64,000 nucleotides of DNA from Balanoglossus misakiensis (lineage: Eukaryota; Animalia; Hemichordata): assembly GCA_040954595.2 (NCBI GenBank), contig CM082580.2, positions 12,476,909-12,540,908 on the forward strand, in the 5' to 3' direction. The position numbers and the translations under genes are program-made. Positions within the stretch are counted from its first letter, which is position 1. Each line of letters starts with the position of its first letter. The notes below the pieces were generated by a model. It ran no database searches and was not told the DNA's origin. It saw only the letters and a program-made list of their open reading frames with translations. Shown piece by piece: positions 12,801 to 33,400 of this stretch.

Positions 12801-15800
12801 TTGAAAAAACCATGGGTTATAGCTCAGGAAAATGTTCAAAAATCGACGATTTTTCGACTTTGCGAATTTTCAAAATTTGGTCATTTTTTGAAAAAACCAT
12901 GGGTTATAGCTCAGGAAAATGTTCAAAAATCGACGATTTTTCGACTTTGCGAATTTTCAAAATTTGGTCATTTTTTGAAAAAACCGTGGGTTATAGCTCA
13001 GGAAAATCTTCAAAAATCGACGATTTTTCGACTTTGCGAATTTTCAAAATTTGGTCATTTTTTGAAAAAACCGTGGGTTATAGCTCAGGAAAATCTTCAA
13101 AAATCGACGATTTTTCGACTTTGCGAATTTTCAAAATTTGGTCATTTTTTGAAAAAACCGTGGGTTATAGCTCAGGAAAATGTTCAAAAATCGACGATTT
13201 TTCGACTTTGCGAATTTTCAAAATTTGGTCATTTTTTGAAAAAACCGTGGGTTATAGCTCAGGAAAATGTTCAAAAATCGACGATTTTTCGACTTTGCGA
13301 ATTTTCAAAATTTGGTCATTTTTTGAAAAATCCATGGGTTATAGCTCAGGAAAATGTTCAAAAATCGACGATTTTTCGACTTTGCGAATTTTCAAAATTT
13401 GGTCATTTTTTGAAAAAACCATGGGTTATAGCTCAGGAAAATGCTCAAAAATCGACGATTTTTCGACTTTGCGAATTTTCAAAATTTGGTCATTTTTTGA
13501 AAAAACCATGGGTTATAGCTCAGGAAAATGTTCAAAAATCGACGATTTTTCGACTTTGCGAATTTTCAAAATTTGGTCATTTTTTGAAAAAACCATGGGT
13601 TATAGCTCAGGAAAATGTTCAAAAATCGACGATTTTTCGACTTTGCGAATTTTCAAAATTTGGTCATTTTTTGAAAAAACCATGGGTTATAGCTCAGGAA
13701 AATGTTCAAAAATCGACGATTTTTCGACTTTGCGAATTTTCAAAATTTGGTCATTTTTTGAAAAAACCATGGGTTATAGCTCAGGAAAATGTTCAAAAAT
13801 CGACGATTTTTCGACTTTGCGAATTTTCAAAATTTGGTCATTTTTTGAAAAAACCATGGGTTATAGCTCAGGAAAATGTTCAAAAATCGACGATTTTTCG
13901 ACTTTGCGAATTTTCAAAATTTGGTCATTTTTTGAAAAAACCATGGGTTATAGCTCAGGAAAATGTTCAAAAATCGACGATTTTTCGACTTTGCGAATTT
14001 TCAAAATTTGGTCATTTTTTGAAAAAACCATGGGTTATAGCTCAGGAAAATGTTCAAAAATCGACGATTTTTCGACTTTGCGAATTTTCAAAATTTGGTC
14101 ATTTTTTGAAAAAACCATGGGTTATAGCTCAGGAAAATGTTCAAAAATCGACGATTTTTCGACTTTGCGAATTTTCAAAATTTGGTCATTTTTTGAAAAA
14201 ACCATGGGTTATAGCTCAGGAAAATGTTCAAAAATCGACGATTTTTCGACTTTGCGAATTTTCAAAATTTGGTCATTTTTTGAAAAAACCATGGGTTATA
14301 GCTCAGGAAAATGTTCAAAAATCGACGATTTTTCGACTTTGCGAATTTTCAAAATTTGGTCATTTTTTGAAAAAACCATGGGTTATAGCTCAGGAAAATG
14401 TTCAAAAATCGACGATTTTTCGACTTTGCGAATTTTCAAAATTTGGTCATTTTTTGGAAAAACCATGGGTTATAGCTCAGGAAAATGTTCAAAAATCGAC
14501 GATTTTTCGACTTTGCGAATTTTCAAAATTTGGTCATTTTTTGAAAAAACCATGGGTTATAGCTCAGGAAAATGTTCAAAAATCGACGATTTTTCGACTT
14601 TGCGAATTTTCAAAATTTGGTCATTTTTTGAAAAAACCATGGGTTATAGCTCAGGAAAATGTTCAAAAATCGACGATTTTTCGACTTTGCGAATTTTCAA
14701 AATTTGGTCATTTTTTGAAAAAACCATGGGTTATAGCTCAGGAAAATGTTCAAAAATCGACGATTTTTCGACTTTGCGAATTTTCAAAATTTGGTCATTT
14801 TTTGAAAAAACCATGGGTTATAGCTCAGGAAAATGTTCAAAAATCGACGATTTTTCGACTTTGCGAATTTTCAAAATTTGGTCATTTTTTGAAAAAACCA
14901 TGGGTTATAGCTCAGGAAAATGTTCAAAAATCGACGATTTTTCGACTTTGCGAATTTTCAAAATTTGGTCATTTTTTGAAAAAACCATGGGTTATAGCTC
15001 AGGAAAATGTTCAAAAATCGACGATTTTTCGACTTTGCGAATTTTCAAAATTTGGTCATTTTTTGAAAAAACCATGGGTTATAGCTCAGGAAAATGTTCA
15101 AAAATCGACGATTTTTCGACTTTGCGAATTTTCAAAATTTGGTCATTTTTTGAAAAAACCATGGGTTATAGCTCAGGAAAATGTTCAAAAATCGACGATT
15201 TTTCGACTTTGCGAATTTTCAAAATTTGGTCATTTTTTGAAAAAACCATGGGTTATAGCTCAGGAAAATGTTCAAAAATCGACGATTTTTCGACTTTGCG
15301 AATTTTCAAAATTTGGTCATTTTTTGAAAAAACCATGGGTTATAGCTCAGGAAAATGTTCAAAAATCGACGATTTTTCGACTTTGCGAATTTTCAAAATT
15401 TGGTCATTTTTTGAAAAAACCATGGGTTATAGCTCAGGAAAATGTTCAAAAATCGACGATTTTTCGACTTTGCGAATTTTCAAAATTTGGTCATTTTTTG
15501 AAAAAACCATGGGTTATAGCTCAGGAAAATGTTCAAAAATCGACGATTTTTCGACTTTGCGAATTTTCAAAATTTGGTCATTTTTTGAAAAAACCATGGG
15601 TTATAGCTCAGGAAAATGTTCAAAAATCGACGATTTTTCGACTTTGCGAATTTTCAAAATTTGGTCATTTTTTGAAAAAACCATGGGTTATAGCTCAGGA
15701 AAATGTTCAAAAATCGACGATTTTTCGACTTTGCGAATTTTCAAAATTTGGTCATTTTTTGAAAAAACCATGGGTTATAGCTCAGGAAAATGTTCAAAAA

Positions 15801-18800
15801 TCGACGATTTTTCGACTTTGCGAATTTTCAAAATTTGGTCATTTTTTGAAAAAACCATGGGTTATAGCTCAGGAAAATGTTCAAAAATCGACGATTTTTC
15901 GACTTTGCGAATTTTCAAAATTTGGTCATTTTTTGAAAAAACCATGGGTTATAGCTCAGGAAAATGTTCAAAAATCGACGATTTTTCGACTTTGCGAATT
16001 TTCAAAATTTGGTCATTTTTTGAAAAAACCATGGGTTATAGCTCAGGAAAATGTTCAAAAATCGACGATTTTTCGACTTTGCGAATTTTCAAAATTTGGT
16101 CATTTTTTGAAAAAACCATGGGTTATAGCTCAGGAAAATGTTCAAAAATCGACGATTTTTCGACTTTGCGAATTTTCAAAATTTGGTCATTTTTTGAAAA
16201 AACCATGGGTTATAGCTCAGGAAAATGTTCAAAAATCGACGATTTTTCGACTTTGCGAATTTTCAAAATTTGGTCATTTTTTGAAAAAACCATGGGTTAT
16301 AGCTCAGGAAAATGTTCAAAAATCGACGATTTTTCGACTTTGCGAATTTTCAAAATTTGGTCATTTTTTGAAAAAACCATGGGTTATAGCTCAGGAAAAT
16401 GTTCAAAAATCGACGATTTTTCGACTTTGCGAATTTTCAAAATTTGGTCATTTTTTGAAAAAACCATGGGTTATAGCTCAGGAAAATGTTCAAAAATCGA
16501 CGATTTTTCGACTTTGCGAATTTTCAAAATTTGGTCATTTTTTGAAAAAACCATGGGTTATAGCTCAGGAAAATGTTCAAAAATCGACGATTTTTCGACT
16601 TTGCGAATTTTCAAAATTTGGTCATTTTTTGAAAAAACCATGGGTTATAGCTCAGGAAAATGTTCAAAAATCGACGATTTTTCGACTTTGCGAATTTTCA
16701 AAATTTGGTCATTTTTTGAAAAAACCATGGGTTATAGCTCAGGAAAATGTTCAAAAATCGACGATTTTTCGACTTTGCGAATTTTCAAAATTTGGTCATT
16801 TTTTGAAAAAACCATGGGTTATAGCTCAGGAAAATGTTCAAAAATCGACGATTTTTCGACTTTGCGAATTTTCAAAATTTGGTCATTTTTTGAAAAAACC
16901 ATGGGTTATAGCTCAGGAAAATCTTCAAAAATCGACGATTTTTCGACTTTGCGAATTTTCAAAATTTGGTCATTTTTTGAAAAAACCGTGGGTTATAGCT
17001 CAGGAAAATGTTCAAAAATCGACGATTTTTCGACTTTGCGAATTTTCAAAATTTGGTCATTTTTTGAAAAAACCGTGGGTTATAGCTCAGGAAAATGTTC
17101 AAAAATCGACGATTTTTCGACTTTGCGAATTTTCAAAATTTGGTCATTTTTTGAAAAATCCATGGGTTATAGCTCAGGAAAATCTTCAAAAATCGACGAT
17201 TTTTCGACTTTGCGAATTTTCAAAATTTGGTCATTTTTTGAAAAAACCATGGGTTATAGCTCAGGAAAATGCTCAAAAATCGACGATTTTTCGACTTTGC
17301 GAATTTTCAAAATTTGGTCATTTTTTGAAAAAACCATGGGTTATAGCTCAGGAAAATGTTCAAAAATCGACGATTTTTCGACTTTGCGAATTTTCAAAAT
17401 TTGGTCATTTTTTGAAAAAACCATGGGTTATAGCTCAGGAAAATGTTCAAAAATCGACGATTTTTCGACTTTGCGAATTTTCAAAATTTGGTCATTTTTT
17501 GAAAAAACCATGGGTTATAGCTCAGGAAAATGTTCAAAAATCGACGATTTTTCGACTTTGCGAATTTTCAAAATTTGGTCATTTTTTGAAAAAACCATGG
17601 GTTATAGCTTAGGAAAATGTTCAAAAATCGACGATTTTTCGACTTTGCGAATTTTCAAAATTTGGTCATTTTTTGAAAAAACCATGGGTTATAGCTCAGG
17701 AAAATGTTCAAAAATCGACGATTTTTCGACTTTGCGAATTTTCAAAATTTGGTCATTTTTTGAAAAAACCATGGGTTATAGCTCAGGAAAATCTTCAAAA
17801 ATCGACGATTTTTCGACTTTGCGAATTTTCAAAATTTGGTCATTTTTTGAAAAAACCATGGGTTATAGCTCAGGAAAATGTTCAAAAATCGACGGTTTTT
17901 CGACTTTGCGAATTTTCAAAATTTGGTCATTTTTTGAAAAAACCATGGGTTATAGCTCAGGAAAATGTTCAAAAATCGACGATTTTTCGACTTTGCGAAT
18001 TTTCAAAATTTGGTCATTTTTTGAAAAAAACATGGGTTATAGCTCAGGAAAATGTTCAAAAATCGACGATTTTTCGACTTTGCGAATTTTCAAAATTTGG
18101 TCATTTTTTGAAAAAACCATGGGTTATAGCTCAGGAAAATGTTCAAAAATCGACGATTTTTCGACTTTGCAAATTTTCAAAATTTGGTCATTTTTTGAAA
18201 AAACCATGGGTTATAGCTCAGGAAAATGTTCAAAAATCGACGATTTTTCGACTTTGCGAATTTTCAAAATTTGGTCATTTTTTGAAAAAAACATGGGTTA
18301 TAGCTCAGGAAAATGTTCAAAAATCGACGATTTTTCGACTTTGCGAATTTTCAAAATTTGGTCATTTTTTGAAAAAACCATGGGTTATAGCTCAGGAAAA
18401 TCTTCAAAAATCGACGATTTTTCGACTTTGCGAATTTTCAAAATTTGGTCATTTTTTGAAAAAACCATGGGTTATAGCTCAGGAAAATGTTCAAAAATCG
18501 ACGATTTTTCGACTTTGCGAATTTTCAAAATTTGGTCATTTTTTGAAAAAACCATGGGTTATAGCTCAGGAAAATGTTCAAAAATCGACGATTTTTCGAC
18601 TTTGCGAATTTTCAAAATTTGGTCATTTTTTGAAAAAACCATGGGTTATAGCTCAGGAAAATGTTGAAAAATCGACGATTTTTCGACTTTGCGAATTTTC
18701 AAAATTTGGTCATTTTTTGAAAAAACCATGGGTTATAGCTCAGGAAAATGTTCAAAAATCGAAGATTTTTCGACTTTGCGAATTTTCAAAATTTGGTCAT

Positions 18801-18938
18801 TTTTTGAAAAAACCATGGGTTATAGCTCAGGAAAATGTTCAAAAATCGAAGATTTTTCGACTTTGCGAATTTTCAAAATTTGGTCATTTTTTGAAAAAAC
18901 CATGGGTTATAGCTCAGGAAAATCATCTAGAAATGGCA
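818..18938 (+). repeat. 87-bp AT-rich tandem satellite, ~208 monomers, highly homogeneous
   Basis: Consensus TTTTCGACTTTGCGAATTTTCAAAATTTGGTCATTTTTTGAAAAAACCATGGGTTATAGCTCAGGAAAATGTTCAAAAATCGACGAT (plus one T) repeated head-to-tail; variants are mainly A6/A7, CAGG/CATG and TGTT/TCTT. Confidence 0.99.
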
Positions 18939-19092
18939 ATGTTCAGAAGTGACAAAAACACCAAAATTCCAAAAGTCAGGAAATCGTCATTTTTGACATT
19001 TTACATGAGCTATAACCCATGAAAAATGTCCAGAAGTGACAAAAACACCAAAATTCCGAAAGTCAGGAAATTGTCATTTTTGACATTTTTCA
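18939..19092 (-). repeat. Right flank array: ~1.8 copies of the same sister monomer as 539-817, same orientation as the left flank
   Basis: ATGTTCAGAAGTGACAAAAACACCAAAATTCC...CATGAGCTATAACCCATGAAAAATGTCCAGAAGTGAC...CATTTTTCA is nearly identical to the left flank units. Confidence 0.85.
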
Positions 19093-19965
19093 AACACCGG
19101 AAAAACGCCAAAATGAGCAATATTCACAAAGTCGAGAAGTAGACTTTTTCAGCTGGGAAATGCGCTCATGTTGAAGAGCAATTAGCAAGACTCGACACAA
19201 ATATATGTACAAAAAATGTATAGAATTTTATTTGAACCAGCAAAAGATTTCCAGCAGAAGATTAAGGTACAGACTGATAGAAAGTCAAACAAACTCACTG
19301 CTTCTAATAAACAGTCATCTGTATGTATCTAGAGTATATAGGTACATTGTTGACTTTATCTGTAATGTGTGAAAATTCATTCAACTGCAAGAGAGGTCTA
19401 ATACACCAATTGGTATACATGTCAATTCACAAGAAGGAAATAAAATATTCAAAAATTTTTGATGAGTAAGAAAATTCTTTGCAATGAACTTAGGGATCTT
19501 AAATTGGTCTCTACCCTGGTTCTGAAAATGAAGGTCATTGTGGAAAATGTTTAATAGATCGGCACAGACCGAAATAGAAAATTCGAAAATTTCTGGCTTC
19601 TGTGGTCGCTAAAACAGCTCCTTTTGCCGGGGTTTTGGGGGTAATGTTCCTTTTCTTGTGTATAAGATTGTTCATATGCTAAAGTTGTTTGAGATGGTGA
19701 AGAAACAAAATATCTGGGCATTTAAAAAAAGATGTATTTTCTTAACCCCTATAAGACAAACATAAGACTGATTGATTTACATGTATATAATAATCTTGGA
19801 ACTAACTACAATATATCTTGAGTAACCTACAATAAGTTACACAGTAGACTATCTTGTGTATCTCAGAGGGAATAACTAGAGAAATGTTAACACTGAAATT
19901 GAAGTGAATAGTTAATTTAAAATCATGGCAGTCCAAAATATATTTAGTACACATGCTGACTGACA

Positions 19966-24680
<4,715 letters not shown>

Positions 24681-24880
24681 CTTCAGGGAAGTTCCGATAC
24701 TCTACGACTTGAAATGCGGAAATCCGGTCGATCAACCCGACACAAAACGTCTGCAGATACTGTTGGTAGACCACCTATCCCACAATTCAAAGCTCTCGCG
24801 TACGACAACTACTTCCGGGGTCGCCAGAAATCCCTGCTGGTTAGCTTCAGATTCATATTGAGAATATTCACGTAAGTTAC
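24681..24880. promoter_or_regulatory. Putative bidirectional promoter ACTL6/TSSC4
   Basis: Head-to-head genes; CpG-richer segment with ETS-like ACTTCCGG (~24811); GTAAGT donor at 24872 consistent with a non-coding first TSSC4 exon. Confidence 0.6.
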
Positions 24881-25297
24881 AACGTATGTTTCGGTTCCGC
24901 GAACAAGTATCTGAACAAAAACTAGTTTCTGTATTTATCATATTCGCAGTACTGGATTTACTCATTTACTATTACGCCGTTTATTTGCAGCACCTCCTAC
25001 TTTTCCACTTCTGCGTCGCTGGAAAGCTGAAACTGATGAGGTTTGTACCATTATAATATTCAGCATCCCCAGGGTTACTCACCATGCTAAAGAGACAAAG
25101 CCGGATGTTTTCTTTTGGTAAATTGTTATGTTTTTTTGCAGCCTGAAACAGGCACAATCACACATGTGTATGTTGAAATCATTTTCTTGTACTAGACAGT
25201 TTTCAAACTTTTGTTGATGGTAACATGTTGGCACATTCATTTCAATCTACAGGTTGGTGCAGTTGTCTGTGATACACTTGATTCCCACATCTTTGAA

Positions 25298-26188
25298 ATG
25301 GAGGATCAGAACAGTAAAACAGCTGAGCAGAGACAGGAGTTTGTTTTGAACACTGGATCACCAGGCACTGGTTTTCAAAACAGGAGTAAAGATGTCTTTG
25401 GGGGACTGGGACCTCTTGAAGATCTGTACCAGCAAGATGCCACCAAAAGAGTGACAACAGTGGCCCAACCTGAGGAGAAAGATGATATCATCGAGTGTTC
25501 CGATAAGGCAGTGACTACAAAAGAAACTGACTTCAAAAAGCCCGAAGCTCCTCCTCTTAGAAAATCAAGCAAAATTGTTCCAAGAGGCCCTAAAACGCCA
25601 GACTATGTTTTACATCCATACAGCTGGAAAAAGTATTCATTGAGTGAAACGGGTGAAGAAACCATGGGTTTGAAAGGTGATGCCTTGAATAGCAGAATCG
25701 CATTGGATTTCTTGAAAGATTGCAGGAAAATCGCCGAAGTTGGCGAGTCCATGGAAACGGATGACGACAAACCCACAAGGATGGTTTTCAAAAAGCCTGT
25801 ATCCAAGGAAACAGACGACAACAAAAAAGAGTCGGGTGTTTCCACAGCAGTTTCAAGTTCCCCATTCATTGATCACACACACAGAATGCCCGAGTATGTC
25901 GTTGGAAGGGAAAAGCCGACATTTCGGAAAAGGACACATGCAGCAACAGCGACAAGCGATGACAGCTCCACATCCTCAAAACGCCTCTCACTGGAGCATT
26001 TGGAAGAGAATGACCAGTCAGAGGACACAGCCAAAGCGACCGGTGACAGCAAGCGTCAGTCAGAACCTACAAGCGTCTCCGCAGTGGACCATGATCCGGA
26101 ACTCCAGACAAAGCCTGGTTTCAAAATGGTGAAGGGACACAAAAGTAGAAAAATAAGGACTAGAACACTAGAAGACGAATCCGAGTAA
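25298..26188 (+). CDS. TSSC4: U5 snRNP-associated protein TSSC4, single coding exon
   Basis: Conserved blocks FQNRSKDVFGGL, PDYVLHPYSWKKYSLSE, NSRIALDFL, MPEYVVG; AG acceptor near 25252 upstream of ATG 25298; AATAAA near 26410. Confidence 0.88.
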   Translation: MEDQNSKTAEQRQEFVLNTGSPGTGFQNRSKDVFGGLGPLEDLYQQDATKRVTTVAQPEEKDDIIECSDKAVTTKETDFKKPEAPPLRKSSKIVPRGPKTPDYVLHPYSWKKYSLSETGEETMGLKGDALNSRIALDFLKDCRKIAEVGESMETDDDKPTRMVFKKPVSKETDDNKKESGVSTAVSSSPFIDHTHRMPEYVVGREKPTFRKRTHAATATSDDSSTSSKRLSLEHLEENDQSEDTAKATGDSKRQSEPTSVSAVDHDPELQTKPGFKMVKGHKSRKIRTRTLEDESE

Positions 26189-26669
26189 AACCAACCCAAG
26201 CTTTTACTAATATAAGTAGGCTTTCAGTTGGGAATTTTTTGTAAAAGAGACACGTGGTAGAGTTGTGCAACTGACCAGTCAAATCCTGGGTTTCACATCA
26301 TTGATGCTGCTAACAAGTATTGGAATTTCCAACTTCATAAAGTGGTCATAGATGAACTTTAATTTCTCAAATGCCATTGTTTTGCCAGTACACTCGTTAC
26401 GAGTTATACAATAAAGGTTATTTCAAAACCACAGAACTGTTATTATGTGTTCAGTTTGTTGAGTTTGTTTAATAAAAAACTTGCACACAGTGTTTTACAG
26501 ACGAGGAAAAACGCAGTAATGTCCTATCAGGTTTGCCTTGGATTTTGTTCTCACTGCTTATTTCTGAGTTTCACATCGTATCAGACACATTTGGAAGTGA
26601 TGATTACTGTCTGTTGCTGTATGTCATGTACTTTGCTCTTGGAGACAAAAACTTCAACAGGCTCAAAAT

Positions 26670-29715
<3,046 letters not shown>

Positions 29716-30499
29716 ATTGGCGTGATATAAATAAGCAGTCTCGAGAAATGCTGTAAATTGGTCTAAATTATTGCATATGCTGAGTGGAAGAGAAATAAAG
29801 CTGCCTCCAGGATCACAGAACGAAGCACAGTTCGCCGGTCTAACCTCTAACATGCACTATCAACTTTGACCCTTGACCCTTGTGGCGTCCCTAAGTACCC
29901 TTCGATCGAGTTGGAATTTGATTCATTCTGCACGAGCGTAGCTAAAAGTAAGGACCGTACGTTTACCTTTCCAGCGATTGCTGTTATAAGAATGGTAGGT
30001 CAAAATATGCAGTTCCATTCCTTTATTTGCTTCCTGGAAGAAACTAAGAATGCACGACAATTTGTGTTTGACTTGGTTTTGAAATCTAAACTGTAGCTGA
30101 GTGCAACGGACGTGTTAATCTATTACGTCAACGACATTTAAATAGTGTATTTTAAACTGGAAGTGTTGGCAAAATGCTGGTACTATTTCCACCTGTTCAC
30201 AGTTGAAATGGTGTTACTTTCTCATATGTAAATAATTGATATAATCGGGTTCATATACATTTGGTTGACAACAGTCCAATTTTAATTTGAAACTCCCTCA
30301 TGCTCACTCCCTCCTTCAAAAAGAACCTTGGATCCAGCTGTCACGTGATATTGCACCTGTTTTAGGATGGCGTAAATATTATCCAGTGTGACTCTAGTGT
30401 TATTAATACAACAACAGTGTCTGTAGTCTATTCAAATTTGTTCTGAAATTGATGAAACAGTGTCATATGTATTCATAATTTCTTCAGTCTGCAGATGAA

Positions 30500-33400
30500 A
30501 TGGACTCCACCACCACCACCACCACCACAGATTCACCCGCAAGCAGTCACTCCTGTACCCTAACACCCTACTGTTTCAAATTAGTTTGCAAACAACCCCG
30601 GCATCATGAATTGCTTGAAGTGCTGGCCAGCATCACTCACTTCACCAAGGAAGAACAGCAAAGACTAGAGAAGACCATTGAGAAGTATGAGAAGGAAGGC
30701 GTGAAGAAAGACGATGCCATACCCGACCCGGAGCCAGAATACCGATTCCCTCTTCTCCATTGGGCATGTGCTTTGGGTATGGCACATTCTTCTCTTCGGT
30801 GTTGTTAAGTTTCTTTGGAGGGCTTAATTAATAGTCAAAATGAAACAAAAATAGTCAAAATATCAAGGTCAGTCTGCATATGAGAACGGAAGAAACATCC
30901 AGCTGATATGTTTTCTTTGATTAAATTGCAGCCAAGGTGTCAGTGGTGAAATATCTGATAGTCAAGGAGGGTTACAATCCAAACACACTCACACCGCAGA
31001 GGGACACACCAGTCCACCGTGCTATAACGTGTCTGGGCTCGACCAAAGCAACGAAAGGCAAGCAAAGGCAGATGGATAGCTTACTGAATCTGATGCCTGG
31101 TAATATCAGTGTGGTCAACGCCAAGGGACAGACACCACTGCTAATGTTGGTTGATATGCTGATAAGGCGAGAGACAAGCTCGCAGTTTTTCTCCGACACC
31201 ATCCGGGCCATCACTGAGTGCGCCATCAAATTGTCACCAGGTGAGTCAGAATGGCCAACTTCTGAATGCCCCTAGGCTATATTTCAAAGCCCAGGACACT
31301 TCACCCTGAGGAAAATACAATACACCACAGTAAAAAATACTGAAACTAAATTAATATGCTACAATGGGCATTATGTGTGCATAATAATTTCAACTTTTCT
31401 TTTTTCCTCCCACTTTAGACGAAAGGAACAAAGCTTTGAACACACAGAACAAACATGGGAACACAGCACTTCATCTCATGGTACAAGAAGATGGAATGTT
31501 AGCTGACATCAAGAAGTTGGTAGAAGCCAAGTGTAAATTGAATATTGAGTATGTGATGTTTTTTTTCTTTGTAAATAGTTATGCTGTGTTGTAGGATTTA
31601 GAGTAGTGATTGACAGAAAACTACAACTCTTAAATTTAATCTGAGAGTAGCTTAAATTTATTGTGCAGGAATTATTAGTTAAAGTGACTGATCAGTGAGC
31701 ATTGCACATCATCTAAAGTGTCATTTCTCTCCATTTCTTTCAGAAATAAAAGTGGCCTCCCAGCTTTGTTTTTGGCAGAAAGACTTGGAAATCACGACTA
31801 TGTAAAGGTGCTCTGCAGCCATATGCCTTCCTGCATGACATCAAGACGGTAAGGGTCACCATTGGTTGAAAAAAAAAAATAGAGAGGGAGGCAAGCGCAT
31901 GATGTTCTACTACGAGAGAGAAATCAGTATGTTCTTATTTGCGGCTAGATGGTTTGTGGAGGGATTGGGAAAACACAGAAATGCACTTATGGCATTACAG
32001 GGCTAGCACTGCAGAGACACAAGAAGGAATGTGACATCCCTTGCAAAAATGCTGAAATTATGCTTGTACATGTACAACCAACTTATGAAGATGTCATATT
32101 TTATGTTAGGTTGGCCCCGCGCTCAAGGATGACCCACGCAGATTCAGATATCGCATCAGGTTCCAATCATTACTTCACACGGAGTCCATCTAAGGTAGGC
32201 ATTTCAATCTATTCTTCAGTCCTCACTCCGAGGTTGTGTCTACATGTACCATCTGGCATATAGCGGCTGCAGTGGTGATGAAAATGAAATTAATGACATT
32301 GAAAGAAAACAAAACTAATGTATTTCTTGTCGTAAAGCATGGCACATTACAATTTTTCTCTTTCAGAGAAGTCCTTTGAAGCAAGTTGATGACATCACAA
32401 GGAAAAGGTACGGTATCTGAAATGATTTGAAAGTAACTTCCAAGCGAATCGCCCTATTAGAATTTCTTGACAATATAAAGATTGACCAAGGTTTCAAGTT
32501 GCCTTGGTTTGCCAATCTGCATAACGTTGTTGCTGCATGTCCAATGTGTATCCCGTAATGTTATAGGTGTCCTGTCAGAGATGACGACAACAGTGAGGAC
32601 TCGTTGCAGCATGAAGACATGAAAAGAATGAAGAGGAGCCATCCTCAGAAAATCAGCAGCATGAACCCTGTTGTCGTGTGCTCTGAAAGGAGTGATGCTG
32701 TGGAGTTCCTGGACAGAGATACCTTTGATGATGAGACAGATACTGTGGCTGAATCAGGGTGAGTTGGGTCATTGGGGTGGGTAGATAGGCAGACAGAGAT
32801 CAGACAGGGGTCCAGCTGGGTGGGGTTTTTTGACGATGGGCTTATGGTGGAGTTAGGGGGTCGGCAGTATGGGCCTTGAGTTTTGACTTTCTACTGGGAG
32901 GCAAACAAGAAGTGCATCTGAATATTCATCGGACAAAACCCAAACAAAAATGGATGAAATGTTGCAAGTAGGTCACCTCCCAGTCAGTGTACATGATGCA
33001 TATCAGTAATTTCTTTTTTTGTTTGTGCTCTTCTAGAATCGAGAATGGAAGTGCCTCAGGCAGCAGTGAAGACAGTGAGTCAGTCAGCAACAATGAGGAC
33101 GAAGATGATTACGAGGATGAGGACACAAAGAGCCCATGCACAGACTGCGTCAAATGTACACAGATCAAAACTGAGGCGTTGTCACCAGGCGCATGTGTGG
33201 GGCATGGTGATGAATACAAAGAAAATCAAGGTTGTGTGTTGTTGTTTGTTTCCACAGTCCCCCAGCTGGTAATAGAATGATCGTAAAACTTGTTGAAGCA
33301 TTTACAATACTGTCATTCTAGATAACAATGAACCAGTCATACATGATTGTTTCAATTCAAAGTCTTGTAAAATTGACAAATCTGCTTCCAATGAAAATCG

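Noticed and set aside
11381-18667. 2428-aa and 2067-aa overlapping ORFs, and the other ORFs in 751-19022, as repeat proteins
   Set aside because: 87 is divisible by 3 and the monomer lacks stops in two frames, so any indel-free stretch gives giant ORFs. The same array is heavily frameshifted in 3400-11350, with no unique termini or codon-position bias visible.
818-18938. CRISPR array
   Set aside because: No unique spacers, no cas genes, eukaryotic context.
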